Under the pieces are notes generated by a model. The model was not told where the DNA came from, did no database searches, and saw only the letters and a list, made by a program, of their open reading frames with translations. 64,000 nt of DNA from Verrucomicrobiia bacterium (GTDB lineage: Bacteria; Verrucomicrobiota; Verrucomicrobiia; Limisphaerales; UBA11358): NCBI GenBank assembly GCA_031290985.1, contig JARLJW010000086.1, positions 845 to 64,844 of the forward strand, read 5' to 3'. The first letter of the stretch is position 1; each line of letters begins with the position of its first letter. Position numbers and translations under genes: made by a program. This document shows positions 47,118 through 55,482 of the stretch, one piece after another.

Positions 47118-47406
47118 AAAAGTTTACGATATGCGATTGACCCAAGCGCCCCCTCTCCCCCGTTTCACGGCGGAGAGGGGGCCGGAACGCTTCAGGTTAT
47201 GCGGGTGAATCAGGCCTTGTTTTCGCGCGAGGGACATTTGCAAAAGGGCCAAGGAAGTGCGGGCCGCACGGGGTCCGTGCCGGACGGGCCACTAAATTAA
47301 GGCAAATAAACCGATACGATGTCCAAATTAAACCTGGATATGAAAAAAACGGAACAACATCCTGACGAGGAACACGCGGGCGGGCCGCCCGGGCTCCGAA
47401 CCGGCT

Positions 47407-47436
47407 TGAAAATGGTGAATTGCAAGTGGCGCGTAA
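47407..47436 (+). repeat. 30-bp direct repeat, copy 2 (overlaps the putative psd promoter)
   Basis: tgaaaatggtgaattgcaagtggcgcgtaa. Confidence 0.85.
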
Positions 47437-47448
47437 AAAATTTATTTT
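47420..47448 (+). promoter_or_regulatory. Possible sigma70 promoter for psd-pssA (leaderless-type)
   Basis: TTGCAA-17 bp-TATTTT, ending 6 nt before the GTG. Confidence 0.45.
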
Positions 47449-47454
47449 AGGCGG

Positions 47455-48141
47455 GTGAAACACTCTGGAAAAGCGGCGCAGTCCGCGCTGACACTCATCG
47501 GCCTGTCCGGCATGGCGGTCTTGCTGCTGCTGGGCTCGGCGGCGCTGGGCAAGATCGTGGCTTCGTTCGTGCTCGGGCTGGCCGGCGTGCTCGGGGCCTT
47601 GTGGGTGTTGTTCATCCTCTTCACGTTTTACTTTTTCCGCGACCCGGACCCGGCGGTGCCCACCGGCAAAAACCTCGTCCTCGCCCCCGGCCATGGCAAG
47701 GTGGACACGATCGACACCACGACGGAACCGGAGTTCATGGGCGGCGAATGCCGGCGCATCTCCATTTTTCTTTCCGTGTTCGACGTGCACGTCCAGAACT
47801 CGCCGGTCATGGGCCGCATCGCCTTTTTCCGCCACAAGCCGGGCCAGTATCTCAACGCCATGCGCACGGACTGCTCGCAGTTCAATGAGAACGTCCTGAT
47901 CGGCATCGAGGCGGGCGAACCGATGGGCCGCAAGGTCGGCGTGCGGCTGATCGCCGGCCTGATCGCCCGCCGCATCGTCCCGTGGGTCGCGCAAAACGAG
48001 GTCGTCCAGCGCGGCGAACGCATCAGCCTGATCCAGTTCGGCTCGCGCGTGGATGTGTATCTGCCGCTGGACTCCAAAGTAACCGTCAAGCTTGGCGACC
48101 GCGTGGTGGGCGGTGAAAGCATCCTGGCAGAACTCGTCTAA
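47455..48141 (+). CDS. psd: Phosphatidylserine decarboxylase proenzyme
   Basis: FFRDP, SIFLSVFDVH, AG.IARRI, FGSRVD. Confidence 0.93.
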   Translation: MKHSGKAAQSALTLIGLSGMAVLLLLGSAALGKIVASFVLGLAGVLGALWVLFILFTFYFFRDPDPAVPTGKNLVLAPGHGKVDTIDTTTEPEFMGGECRRISIFLSVFDVHVQNSPVMGRIAFFRHKPGQYLNAMRTDCSQFNENVLIGIEAGEPMGRKVGVRLIAGLIARRIVPWVAQNEVVQRGERISLIQFGSRVDVYLPLDSKVTVKLGDRVVGGESILAELV

Positions 48142-48145
48142 GCTC

Positions 48146-49012
48146 ATGGCCACCGAACCGCAAACCAAACCTTCGGGCGCTGAACCCGAAAAATTGAAGA
48201 TTTATTTTCTGCCGAACCTGTTCACGGCGGGCAATCTCTTCTGCGGCTTCGTGGCGCTGACCCAGATTGTGGAGGCCAAGCTGACACCGGACGCCCTTGG
48301 ACACGTCAACTGGATGCCCATCAAGGTGGCGCTCGCCTTCATTTTGCTCGCGTGCATCTTCGATCTGTTCGACGGCCGGGTCGCGCGCATGGGCGGCCAT
48401 GAAAGCCCGTTCGGGCGGGAGTTCGACTCGCTGGCGGACCTGGTTTCCTTCGGCGTTGCGCCGGCTTTTCTGGTGCATCGCGTCGTGCTGCACAATGCCC
48501 TGCCGGAGGAGTATGTGGAACTCGGCTGGTTTATCGCGTCGATTTATCTGATCTGCGGCGCGTTCCGACTGGCGCGGTTCAACTGCCTGTCGGCCATGAA
48601 CCTCCCGGGTGCGGGCAAGGATTTCCTTGGGTTCCCGATCCCGTCCGCCGCCGGTCTCGTCGCGTCCCTGACGCTGTTCATCATCAAGCTGAATGAAAAG
48701 GAAAAGGACCTCGGCCACTGGGGCTGGCTGCTGCCGTCCGTTTTGATCTTCCTGTCCGCGATGATGGTGAGCGAGGTGAAGTATCCCAGTTTCAAGGCCT
48801 TTGGACTCCGTTCGTCCACCACCTTTTTGAAGCTGGTCGTCGTGGCCCTGTTCGCCGGCAGCCTGCTGATCCTGCGCGAGAAGATTTTGTACTACGTCCT
48901 GCCGCTGTTCTTCACCGGCTACCTGCTTTACGGATTTGTCCGCCCGCACATCTCGCGCGCGTGGCGGCGGGAAATTGAAGAGGACGAGGATGACGCGGAC
49001 GGAGCGACTTGA
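48146..49012 (+). CDS. pssA: CDP-diacylglycerol--serine O-phosphatidyltransferase
   Basis: LPNLFTAGNLFCG, DLFDGRVAR, FDSLADLVSFG, RLARFN. Confidence 0.92.
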   Translation: MATEPQTKPSGAEPEKLKIYFLPNLFTAGNLFCGFVALTQIVEAKLTPDALGHVNWMPIKVALAFILLACIFDLFDGRVARMGGHESPFGREFDSLADLVSFGVAPAFLVHRVVLHNALPEEYVELGWFIASIYLICGAFRLARFNCLSAMNLPGAGKDFLGFPIPSAAGLVASLTLFIIKLNEKEKDLGHWGWLLPSVLIFLSAMMVSEVKYPSFKAFGLRSSTTFLKLVVVALFAGSLLILREKILYYVLPLFFTGYLLYGFVRPHISRAWRREIEEDEDDADGAT

Positions 49013-49702
49013 ATGGAACAATACCCCATCCTCCTGGCCGGGCTCACGGGCTATGTCATCGCGGCGATGTTCTCCTCCATCCCGGTGGGCCCGATCAACC
49101 TGACCATCCTCAACGAAGGCGCGCAGCGCGGCTTTCGGTGGGCGATGCTGATCGGGCTGGGCGCCTCCACCATGGAGGTCATCTATTGCGCGCTCTCGTT
49201 CACCGGGTTCTCGACGCTCTTCAACGACCATCTGGTCAAGGCGGCCATGCAGTTGTTCAGCTTCCTGTTCCTGCTGTTCATCGGCTATAAATTTCTGACC
49301 GCCCAGACCGTGCATGTGCCGACGAAGCTCGATTCCGCCTCGCGCAAGTTTGAAGCGAAGCTCGGCAAAAAGCTGCACCCCCGCTCCGCCTTCACGACCG
49401 GCTTCGTGCGCGTGATGGGCAACCTCGGCGTGCTGCTCACCTGGATCGTGCTCGCGGCGAACTTCATGGCGCACGACTGGGTGGCGGACACCTTCGCGGC
49501 CAAGTCGGCCTGCGTGGCCGGCGTCGCCCTGGGCACGAACACCTGGTTTTTCATTTTCAGCTACAGCATTTCGCGCGGGCACGGCAAATTCAGCGAGGCC
49601 ACGCTGTTGCGGTTCCAACACCTCTCGGGCATCAGCCTGATCGCGGTCGGCCTGTTCGACGGCGCGCACATCATCTGGCAGCTCGCCCGGCACAAAATTT
49701 AA
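49013..49702 (+). CDS. LysE family translocator
   Basis: SSIPVGPIN...G...G..IGLGA; six hydrophobic segments. Confidence 0.8.
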   Translation: MEQYPILLAGLTGYVIAAMFSSIPVGPINLTILNEGAQRGFRWAMLIGLGASTMEVIYCALSFTGFSTLFNDHLVKAAMQLFSFLFLLFIGYKFLTAQTVHVPTKLDSASRKFEAKLGKKLHPRSAFTTGFVRVMGNLGVLLTWIVLAANFMAHDWVADTFAAKSACVAGVALGTNTWFFIFSYSISRGHGKFSEATLLRFQHLSGISLIAVGLFDGAHIIWQLARHKI

Positions 49703-49712
49703 TCCGGAATTG

Positions 49713-49727
49713 ACTTCAGCCTGAAGT
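49713..49727. promoter_or_regulatory. Operator-like palindrome upstream of the toxin-antitoxin pair
   Basis: ACTTCAG-C-CTGAAGT overlapping TTGACT (49710-49715). Confidence 0.55.
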
Positions 49728-49743
49728 AAGATAATCCTACCGT

Positions 49744-49971
49744 GTGACAACGACCATTTCCAGCAAGGGCCAGGTGGTGATCCCCCAGCCCGTCCGCGAG
49801 CGGCACCAACTGCGCGCCGGGGATGATCTGCTGCTGTTTGAACTTTCCAACGGCGACATCGTGCTGCGCCGCGCGCGCGCGCCCAAAAAATCGCTGGCCT
49901 GGCATCTGCGCCGGCTGCAGGGGCTGAAGCTGGACCGCCAGCCCGAACCCGTCCGCGAGGTGGCGTGGTGA
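49744..49971 (+). CDS. AbrB/MazE/SpoVT-family antitoxin
   Basis: TISSKGQVVIP..VRE..L..GD.L. Confidence 0.88.
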   Translation: MTTTISSKGQVVIPQPVRERHQLRAGDDLLLFELSNGDIVLRRARAPKKSLAWHLRRLQGLKLDRQPEPVREVAW

Positions 49972-50372
49972 ACTGGCTGCTGGACACCAACACGCTTTCC
50001 GAACTGACCAAGCCCGCGCCGTTCGCCGGCCTGGTGGACTGGCTGGAGACGCACGAGGCGGAATCCGCCCTGAGCGCCATCAGCCTGGGGGAAATGATTG
50101 CGGGCATTGAACGGATGCCGGAAAGCAAACGCCGCCGCGAACTGGAGCGGGCGCTGAAATTTTTGCGCGAGGATTACGCCGGGAAAATCCTGGATTTCAA
50201 CGAGGGTGTCGCCGCGGAATGGGGGCGGCTCGTGGCCACCGCCAAAAAGCGGGGGCGCAACCTGTCCGTGCTCGACAGCCAGATCGAGGCGACGGCCATC
50301 CATTTTGGCTTGCTGGTCGTGACGCGGAATGAAAAAGATTTTTTCCATCCCGTGTTCAACCCGTGGAAATAG
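49965..50372 (+). CDS. vapC: PIN-domain toxin
   Basis: LLDTN.LSE, S..E, D..I.ATA, VTRN.KDF. Confidence 0.9.
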   Translation: MVNWLLDTNTLSELTKPAPFAGLVDWLETHEAESALSAISLGEMIAGIERMPESKRRRELERALKFLREDYAGKILDFNEGVAAEWGRLVATAKKRGRNLSVLDSQIEATAIHFGLLVVTRNEKDFFHPVFNPWK

Positions 50373-50387
50373 AAACCTTTTAAAATT

Positions 50388-51491
50388 ATGCTTAAAGCTG
50401 GAATCGTCGGATTGCCCAACGTCGGCAAATCAACCCTGTTCAACGCGGTCACCCGCACCCGGAAGGCCGAGGCGGCGAACTACCCCTTCTGCACCATCGA
50501 CCCCAACGTCGGCATGGTCACCGTCCCGGACGCGCGGCTGGAGGTGTTGAAAGGCATCGCCAAGACCCAGGTCATCATCCCGGCGGCCATTGAGTTCGTG
50601 GACATCGCCGGCCTGGTCAAGGGCGCGAGCCAGGGGGAAGGCCTCGGCAACAAATTCCTCACCCACATCCGCGAAGTGGATGCCATCGTGCAAGTGGTCC
50701 GCTGCTTTGAAGACGCGGACATCCACCACGTCGCCGGTTCCGTGGACCCGGTGCGCGACATCGAGGTCATCACCACCGAGCTCGTGTTGTCCGACCTGGA
50801 AGCGGTCCAGAAGCGCCTTGCCAGCATCGCCAAGGACGCCAAACGCGGCGACAAGGAAGCCATTGCACAGGAAACGATCCTGAAGAAGATCGAGCCGCAC
50901 CTCAACGCCGGCAAGCCCGCGCTCACCCTCCAACTCACGCCGGAAGAAAAGGCCGTCTCCCGCCTGTTCTGGCTGATGACCGACAAGCCCACGATCTTTG
51001 CCTGCAACGTCAAGGAATCAGACCTGGCCACCGCCGATAAAAATTCGTTTGTGGAAAAAGTGCGGGAATACACCCAGCACCATTTCGCCTGCGAAGCCGT
51101 GGTCATCAGCGCCCAGATCGAGAGCGATTTGATCGATCTGTCCGACGCGGAAGCGAAGGAATTTTTGAAGGAGCTCGGCGTGAACGAATCCGGTGTCGGT
51201 GCCCTCATCCGCGCGACCTATCATCTGCTCGGCCTGCGGACCTACTTTACGGCCGGCGAAAAGGAAGTCCGCGCCTGGACCATCCACAACGGCGACACCG
51301 CCCCGAAGGCGGCCGGCGTGATCCACTCGGATTTCGAACGCGGCTTCATCAAGGCCGAAACCGTGGCCTACGAAGACCTCGTGAAATGCGGCAGCGTTGC
51401 CGCCGCGCGCGAAAAAGGGCTCTACCGCATGGAAGGCAAGGAATACGTCGTGAAAGACGGCGACGTCCTGCTGTTCAAGTTCAATGTGTGA
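50388..51491 (+). CDS. ychF: Ribosome-binding ATPase YchF
   Basis: GIVGLPNVGKSTLFNA, NYPFCTIDPN, DIAGLVKGAS.GEGLGNKFL, EGKEYVVKDGD. Confidence 0.97.
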   Translation: MLKAGIVGLPNVGKSTLFNAVTRTRKAEAANYPFCTIDPNVGMVTVPDARLEVLKGIAKTQVIIPAAIEFVDIAGLVKGASQGEGLGNKFLTHIREVDAIVQVVRCFEDADIHHVAGSVDPVRDIEVITTELVLSDLEAVQKRLASIAKDAKRGDKEAIAQETILKKIEPHLNAGKPALTLQLTPEEKAVSRLFWLMTDKPTIFACNVKESDLATADKNSFVEKVREYTQHHFACEAVVISAQIESDLIDLSDAEAKEFLKELGVNESGVGALIRATYHLLGLRTYFTAGEKEVRAWTIHNGDTAPKAAGVIHSDFERGFIKAETVAYEDLVKCGSVAAAREKGLYRMEGKEYVVKDGDVLLFKFNV

Positions 51492-51494
51492 TTT

Positions 51495-52349
51495 TCAGAA
51501 CCACTCATAACGGTCACCGGTTGACGCATTGTCATCGGTGATCCAGTTCATATCCATGAATTTCCGCCATTCAACATGGTTGTCCTGAAAAAGAATATTG
51601 CCGCCGATAGGCAGCACCTTGCCCATGTGGCTGCTGCTGAAACCATTCGGCAGGATGGAGGCAGGGGCTGAACTGGGAACACCTCTGAACGCTGATGCCG
51701 TGGTTGGCCCCGTGGAAACAGTCACATCCGTCACCAATTCCGTGGATGACACATTAAGGTTTGGCGACAACGAGGTCGTCTTGATCAGCAAAACCCTGGG
51801 CCGCGCGGGATTGACATTCAAGTGGGGATAGGTCGCGTGCTTGTTGTCATTGCGTTTGATCATCCAATAATACCCCACGGACTTGAAAGTGCCGTCCGTC
51901 GTGTCGGGCGTGGCGGAGCCATGGTTCCAAAAATAATTGAGGATGGTGGTGTTGCCGATATCTTTTGAGGCGTAACTGCTCGGACAGAACATCAGTTCCT
52001 TTTTCTTGCCCGTATTTGCAATGATGGAGTAGGCCATGGAATTGGGTAAATCCCAGAGATCCACCCCCGCCTCGGCTGAATTGGGATCACCGCTGGTGTT
52101 ATTATTCGGGTCAGGCGACTCGGGATAAAAGTCCCGGTTCTCACCGGCATAAACGGCCAACGAAACACCCAGTTGCTTGAGGGCAGCAGTACAATTGATG
52201 CGCTTGGCCTTCTCTTTGGCGGCGGCCAAAGCCGGCAACAGCATCGCCGCCAGGATCGCGATGATGGCGATGACGACGAGCAGTTCGATTAGGGTGAAGC
52301 CACGGGCGCGTTGCCGGGCGGACATTTCTGAGTACAAAGGTTGCTTCAT
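51495..52349 (-). CDS. Prepilin-type N-terminal cleavage/methylation protein (DUF1559-like, H-X9-DG-type tail)
   Basis: [26 protein letters not shown]; SH...[13 protein letters not shown]. Confidence 0.9.
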   Translation of the reverse strand: MKQPLYSEMSARQRARGFTLIELLVVIAIIAILAAMLLPALAAAKEKAKRINCTAALKQLGVSLAVYAGENRDFYPESPDPNNNTSGDPNSAEAGVDLWDLPNSMAYSIIANTGKKKELMFCPSSYASKDIGNTTILNYFWNHGSATPDTTDGTFKSVGYYWMIKRNDNKHATYPHLNVNPARPRVLLIKTTSLSPNLNVSSTELVTDVTVSTGPTTASAFRGVPSSAPASILPNGFSSSHMGKVLPIGGNILFQDNHVEWRKFMDMNWITDDNASTGDRYEWF

Positions 52350-52608
52350 AAGAATATATATCGGCTGAATTGATCTAGGGTTATAGCTCGACATTAGAAC
52401 GAAAGGACTAGACCCGCAATTGTATTAACGTTCTAGGGATGTCCCTATTTCGGGGGATGTGCGGCGGAACACCCACCTCCCGCCCGGTATTCATTTTAAC
52501 GCTGAGGCATGGCGCAAAAAGGCGCAAAAAACGGAGAAGCACGGAGTGGCAAAATTCATCGTCCTTCTCTCGGCGGAGCTCCGCGCCTCCGCAGGAAGGT
52601 CATCCGGC

Positions 52609-53154
52609 TCAACCCAGCCGGTAACGTCGCAGCTTTGGGTCCACTTCCTGCGCCCAGGCGTCGAGGCCGCCGCGCAGGCAGCGCACGTTCTGCAGCCCGT
52701 GCCCCATGAAATACGCCGCCGCATCCAGCCCGTTCTTGCCCGCATGATCAATCACCACGACGGGCTGGTTGTTGGAGCCGCTGCTCATCAATTCCTGCAT
52801 CACGGCCTGCGAAAGCAGCACCGAACCGGCGATATTGACCGCCTCAAACTCCTCCCGCGAGCGGACATCCACGAGTTTCACCGCCGGGTCTTGCTTCAAA
52901 AGCTCCGCCAGTTCCTGCGGCGAAATCAAAACCTTCGCATCCTGCTCATGGCTCGAGCGGATGTGCGTCAACACTTCCGCCACGTCGAGGTTGCCATTCC
53001 GGGCGCAGACTTCCGCCAGCGTCTCGGTCGGCTGAAAACCGCAACTGCTGCACCCGCCAATATGGTAGCGGCGGAACAAGGCCCGTTGCGCGCCGGGAAA
53101 ATTCTCCAGCACCGCGCTCATGGGCGACTGCGGATTGACATTTGATTCGTTCAT
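52609..53154 (-). CDS. DUF1858-like CxxC domain fused to a rhodanese domain
   Basis: VLENFPGAQRALFRRYHIGGCSSCGF..ETLAEV; LVDVR...I.G, VIDHAG, LRGGLDAW..EVDP. Confidence 0.8.
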   Translation of the reverse strand: MNESNVNPQSPMSAVLENFPGAQRALFRRYHIGGCSSCGFQPTETLAEVCARNGNLDVAEVLTHIRSSHEQDAKVLISPQELAELLKQDPAVKLVDVRSREEFEAVNIAGSVLLSQAVMQELMSSGSNNQPVVVIDHAGKNGLDAAAYFMGHGLQNVRCLRGGLDAWAQEVDPKLRRYRLG

Positions 53155-53234
53155 CAGATTCGCCTCCAGTCTGCCACAGAACCGGCGGCTGTCCATTCTC
53201 GCAAATCTGATTTCGGGCTGGCACCATGGTGGCA

Positions 53235-55343
53235 ATGGAACTGCGCGAGTTCGCCGAATCGGTTTTGTTCACCACGTCGCTGGAGGAAAAGCTCCGGACG
53301 CCGGCGGTCATCACCGACGACCATCCCGGGGCGCCGCTCATCACCCCGGCGGCGCCGGGCCGTCCTGCGCAAATGCAGTTCAAGCCCCATGCCGCCGGCA
53401 AAAGCGAGTTCCCCGGCCTCCATCGCCTCGAAGACAAAGCCGAACGCGGCAAGCTGCTCCACTTCTTCGGCAACCACGAACTGCTCGCCACCGAGCTCAT
53501 GGCGCTGGTGCTGCTCAAGTTTCCCGACGCCCCCGCCGCCTTCCGCAAGGGCGTCCTCCAAACCCTCAAGGACGAGCAGGAACACACGCGCCTCTACATC
53601 GAGCGCATGAAATCCTGCGGGATCGAATTCGGCGAACTGCCCGTGAGCGGCTATTTCTGGCGGTGCGTCTCGCCGATGGAAAACCCCATCGACTACGTTG
53701 CCAGTCTCTGCCTCACGTTTGAGCAGGCCAACCTTGACTTCGCCCGCCACTTCGCGAAAAGCTTCACCGCCATTGGCGATCAGGATACGGGCAACCTGCT
53801 GGAGAAAATCTATCGCGACGAAATCGGCCACGTCGCCTACGGGCTGAAATGGTTTCGCCGCTGGAAAAATCCAAACGAATCCGACTGGGAGGCGTTCTGC
53901 CGCACCTTGAAATTTCCGCTTTCACCCCAGCGGGCCAAGGGTTTGACCCTTAATTTCGCCGGCCGGAAAGCCGCCGGGCTGGACGAACATTTCATCGCCG
54001 AGTTGAACGTCTACTCCCAGTCGAAAGGCCGCACGCCCAGCGTGTTTCTGTTCAATCCCTTCGCCGAGGGCCGCATCGCCGAAGGCAAGACCTTCAACCC
54101 CACCAAGCCCCAGGCGCAACTGGCCCGCGACCTGGAAAACCTCCCGCAATTCCTCTGCCGCCAGGACGATGTCGTGCTGACCGGCGAAAAACCGTCCGTG
54201 GAATTTCTCAGCGGCATCAAGCAGGCCGGTTTTCCGTTGCCGGAATTCGTGCCGCTGGATTCCGTCGCCACCCTCGCGGAACGCAAACTGGGCAGCCTGC
54301 GCCCCTGGGCGTGGGGACCGGACAGTTTTGAAAAACTGAAACCCGTCATGGCCAGCGTGACCGGTGAAAAACGCGATGATGCCAGACGCTTCAACGCCGG
54401 CATCGCGGAACTTTATGCAAAATCCTGGAGCGCCGGACTGCTCCGGAAAATCATTTCGTCGAAGTCCACCCTGCCCGCCTGGCTCTGCACGACAGACGAG
54501 GTCGGTGTGGCGGTGCGCTCACTCGACGACGCGCTTGCCGCCATCGCTGACATCCGCGCGCGCGGTCAGCACAAGATCATCATCAAGGCAGCGCTCGGCG
54601 TCGCGGGCAGCAATGCCATGCGCCTTTTCGAGCCAGCCATCCTCGAGACGCAAAAACGCTGGCTGCAGAACGCTTTTGCGCACAAGCGCGAACTCGTGGT
54701 CGAACCGTGGCTGGAGCGGCTCATGGATTTCTCCGTGCAACTGGAGATGAGCGAACGCGGGCTCAAGCTCTGCGGTTATACCGGCCTGCTGAATGACGCG
54801 CGCGGCCAGTTCATCGCCAACTTTGCGGAGGCTCACCACCACAAGCGCATTCCCGCCAAGGTCATCTCCCAGTTCAACGCCCCGGTGGATGTCTCCGGCC
54901 AGTTGCTGGAATTGTATGGCGACATTTTTGCGGTCCTCGAAACGGAGTTGAAAGCCCGGGATTTCACCGGCCCCATCGGCATCGACGCCTTCGTGTATCG
55001 CGCCAGCGACGGCACGGTAAAACTAAAACCAGTCGTGGAAATTAACCCGCGCTATACCATGGGCCGCGTGTTGGTGGAGCTGATGCGTCAGGCGTGCCAG
55101 AACAGTTTTGGACGATTCCAATTGGTAAACCCGGTCCAGTTGCGCGCCGCCGGCACCGAAAACTTTCCCGCGTATGCACGGATGTTGGAGCAAAAATTCC
55201 CGCTACAACTCGAAGGCGAGCCGCTGCCCAAGATCCGTTCCGGCGCCCTGTGCCTGAATGACCCCGCCAAGGCGCAGGTCTGCGTTGCTGTCTTCCAAGT
55301 CTGGCGGACTCCGCAGGATTTTTCACCGGCACCGGCCAGCTAG
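53235..55343 (+). CDS. DUF455 ferritin-like diiron domain fused to an ATP-grasp-like domain
   Basis: NHELLATE, DEQEH, FEQANLD, DEIGH; then IIKAALGVAGS, VVEPWLE, GPIGIDA, EINPRYTMG; start 53226 or 53235. Confidence 0.8.
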   Translation: MELREFAESVLFTTSLEEKLRTPAVITDDHPGAPLITPAAPGRPAQMQFKPHAAGKSEFPGLHRLEDKAERGKLLHFFGNHELLATELMALVLLKFPDAPAAFRKGVLQTLKDEQEHTRLYIERMKSCGIEFGELPVSGYFWRCVSPMENPIDYVASLCLTFEQANLDFARHFAKSFTAIGDQDTGNLLEKIYRDEIGHVAYGLKWFRRWKNPNESDWEAFCRTLKFPLSPQRAKGLTLNFAGRKAAGLDEHFIAELNVYSQSKGRTPSVFLFNPFAEGRIAEGKTFNPTKPQAQLARDLENLPQFLCRQDDVVLTGEKPSVEFLSGIKQAGFPLPEFVPLDSVATLAERKLGSLRPWAWGPDSFEKLKPVMASVTGEKRDDARRFNAGIAELYAKSWSAGLLRKIISSKSTLPAWLCTTDEVGVAVRSLDDALAAIADIRARGQHKIIIKAALGVAGSNAMRLFEPAILETQKRWLQNAFAHKRELVVEPWLERLMDFSVQLEMSERGLKLCGYTGLLNDARGQFIANFAEAHHHKRIPAKVISQFNAPVDVSGQLLELYGDIFAVLETELKARDFTGPIGIDAFVYRASDGTVKLKPVVEINPRYTMGRVLVELMRQACQNSFGRFQLVNPVQLRAAGTENFPAYARMLEQKFPLQLEGEPLPKIRSGALCLNDPAKAQVCVAVFQVWRTPQDFSPAPAS

Positions 55344-55387
55344 CATAGGTAGTTGTACGTGAGTCAAGACGTGGCGACGCCTCAAGG

Positions 55388-55427
55388 TGACTGCTGCGCA
55401 GTCATAGTCTGTCGCAGCGCGACAAAC
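55388..55427. repeat. Two adjacent short hairpins between convergent genes
   Basis: tgactgc-tgc-gcagtca and tgtcgc-agc-gcgaca. Confidence 0.4.
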
Positions 55428-55482
55428 TCCACCGCCAGCTTTGCCGGTTCGCCGCTATTGTGCATGATGTGATGCATTTGCT

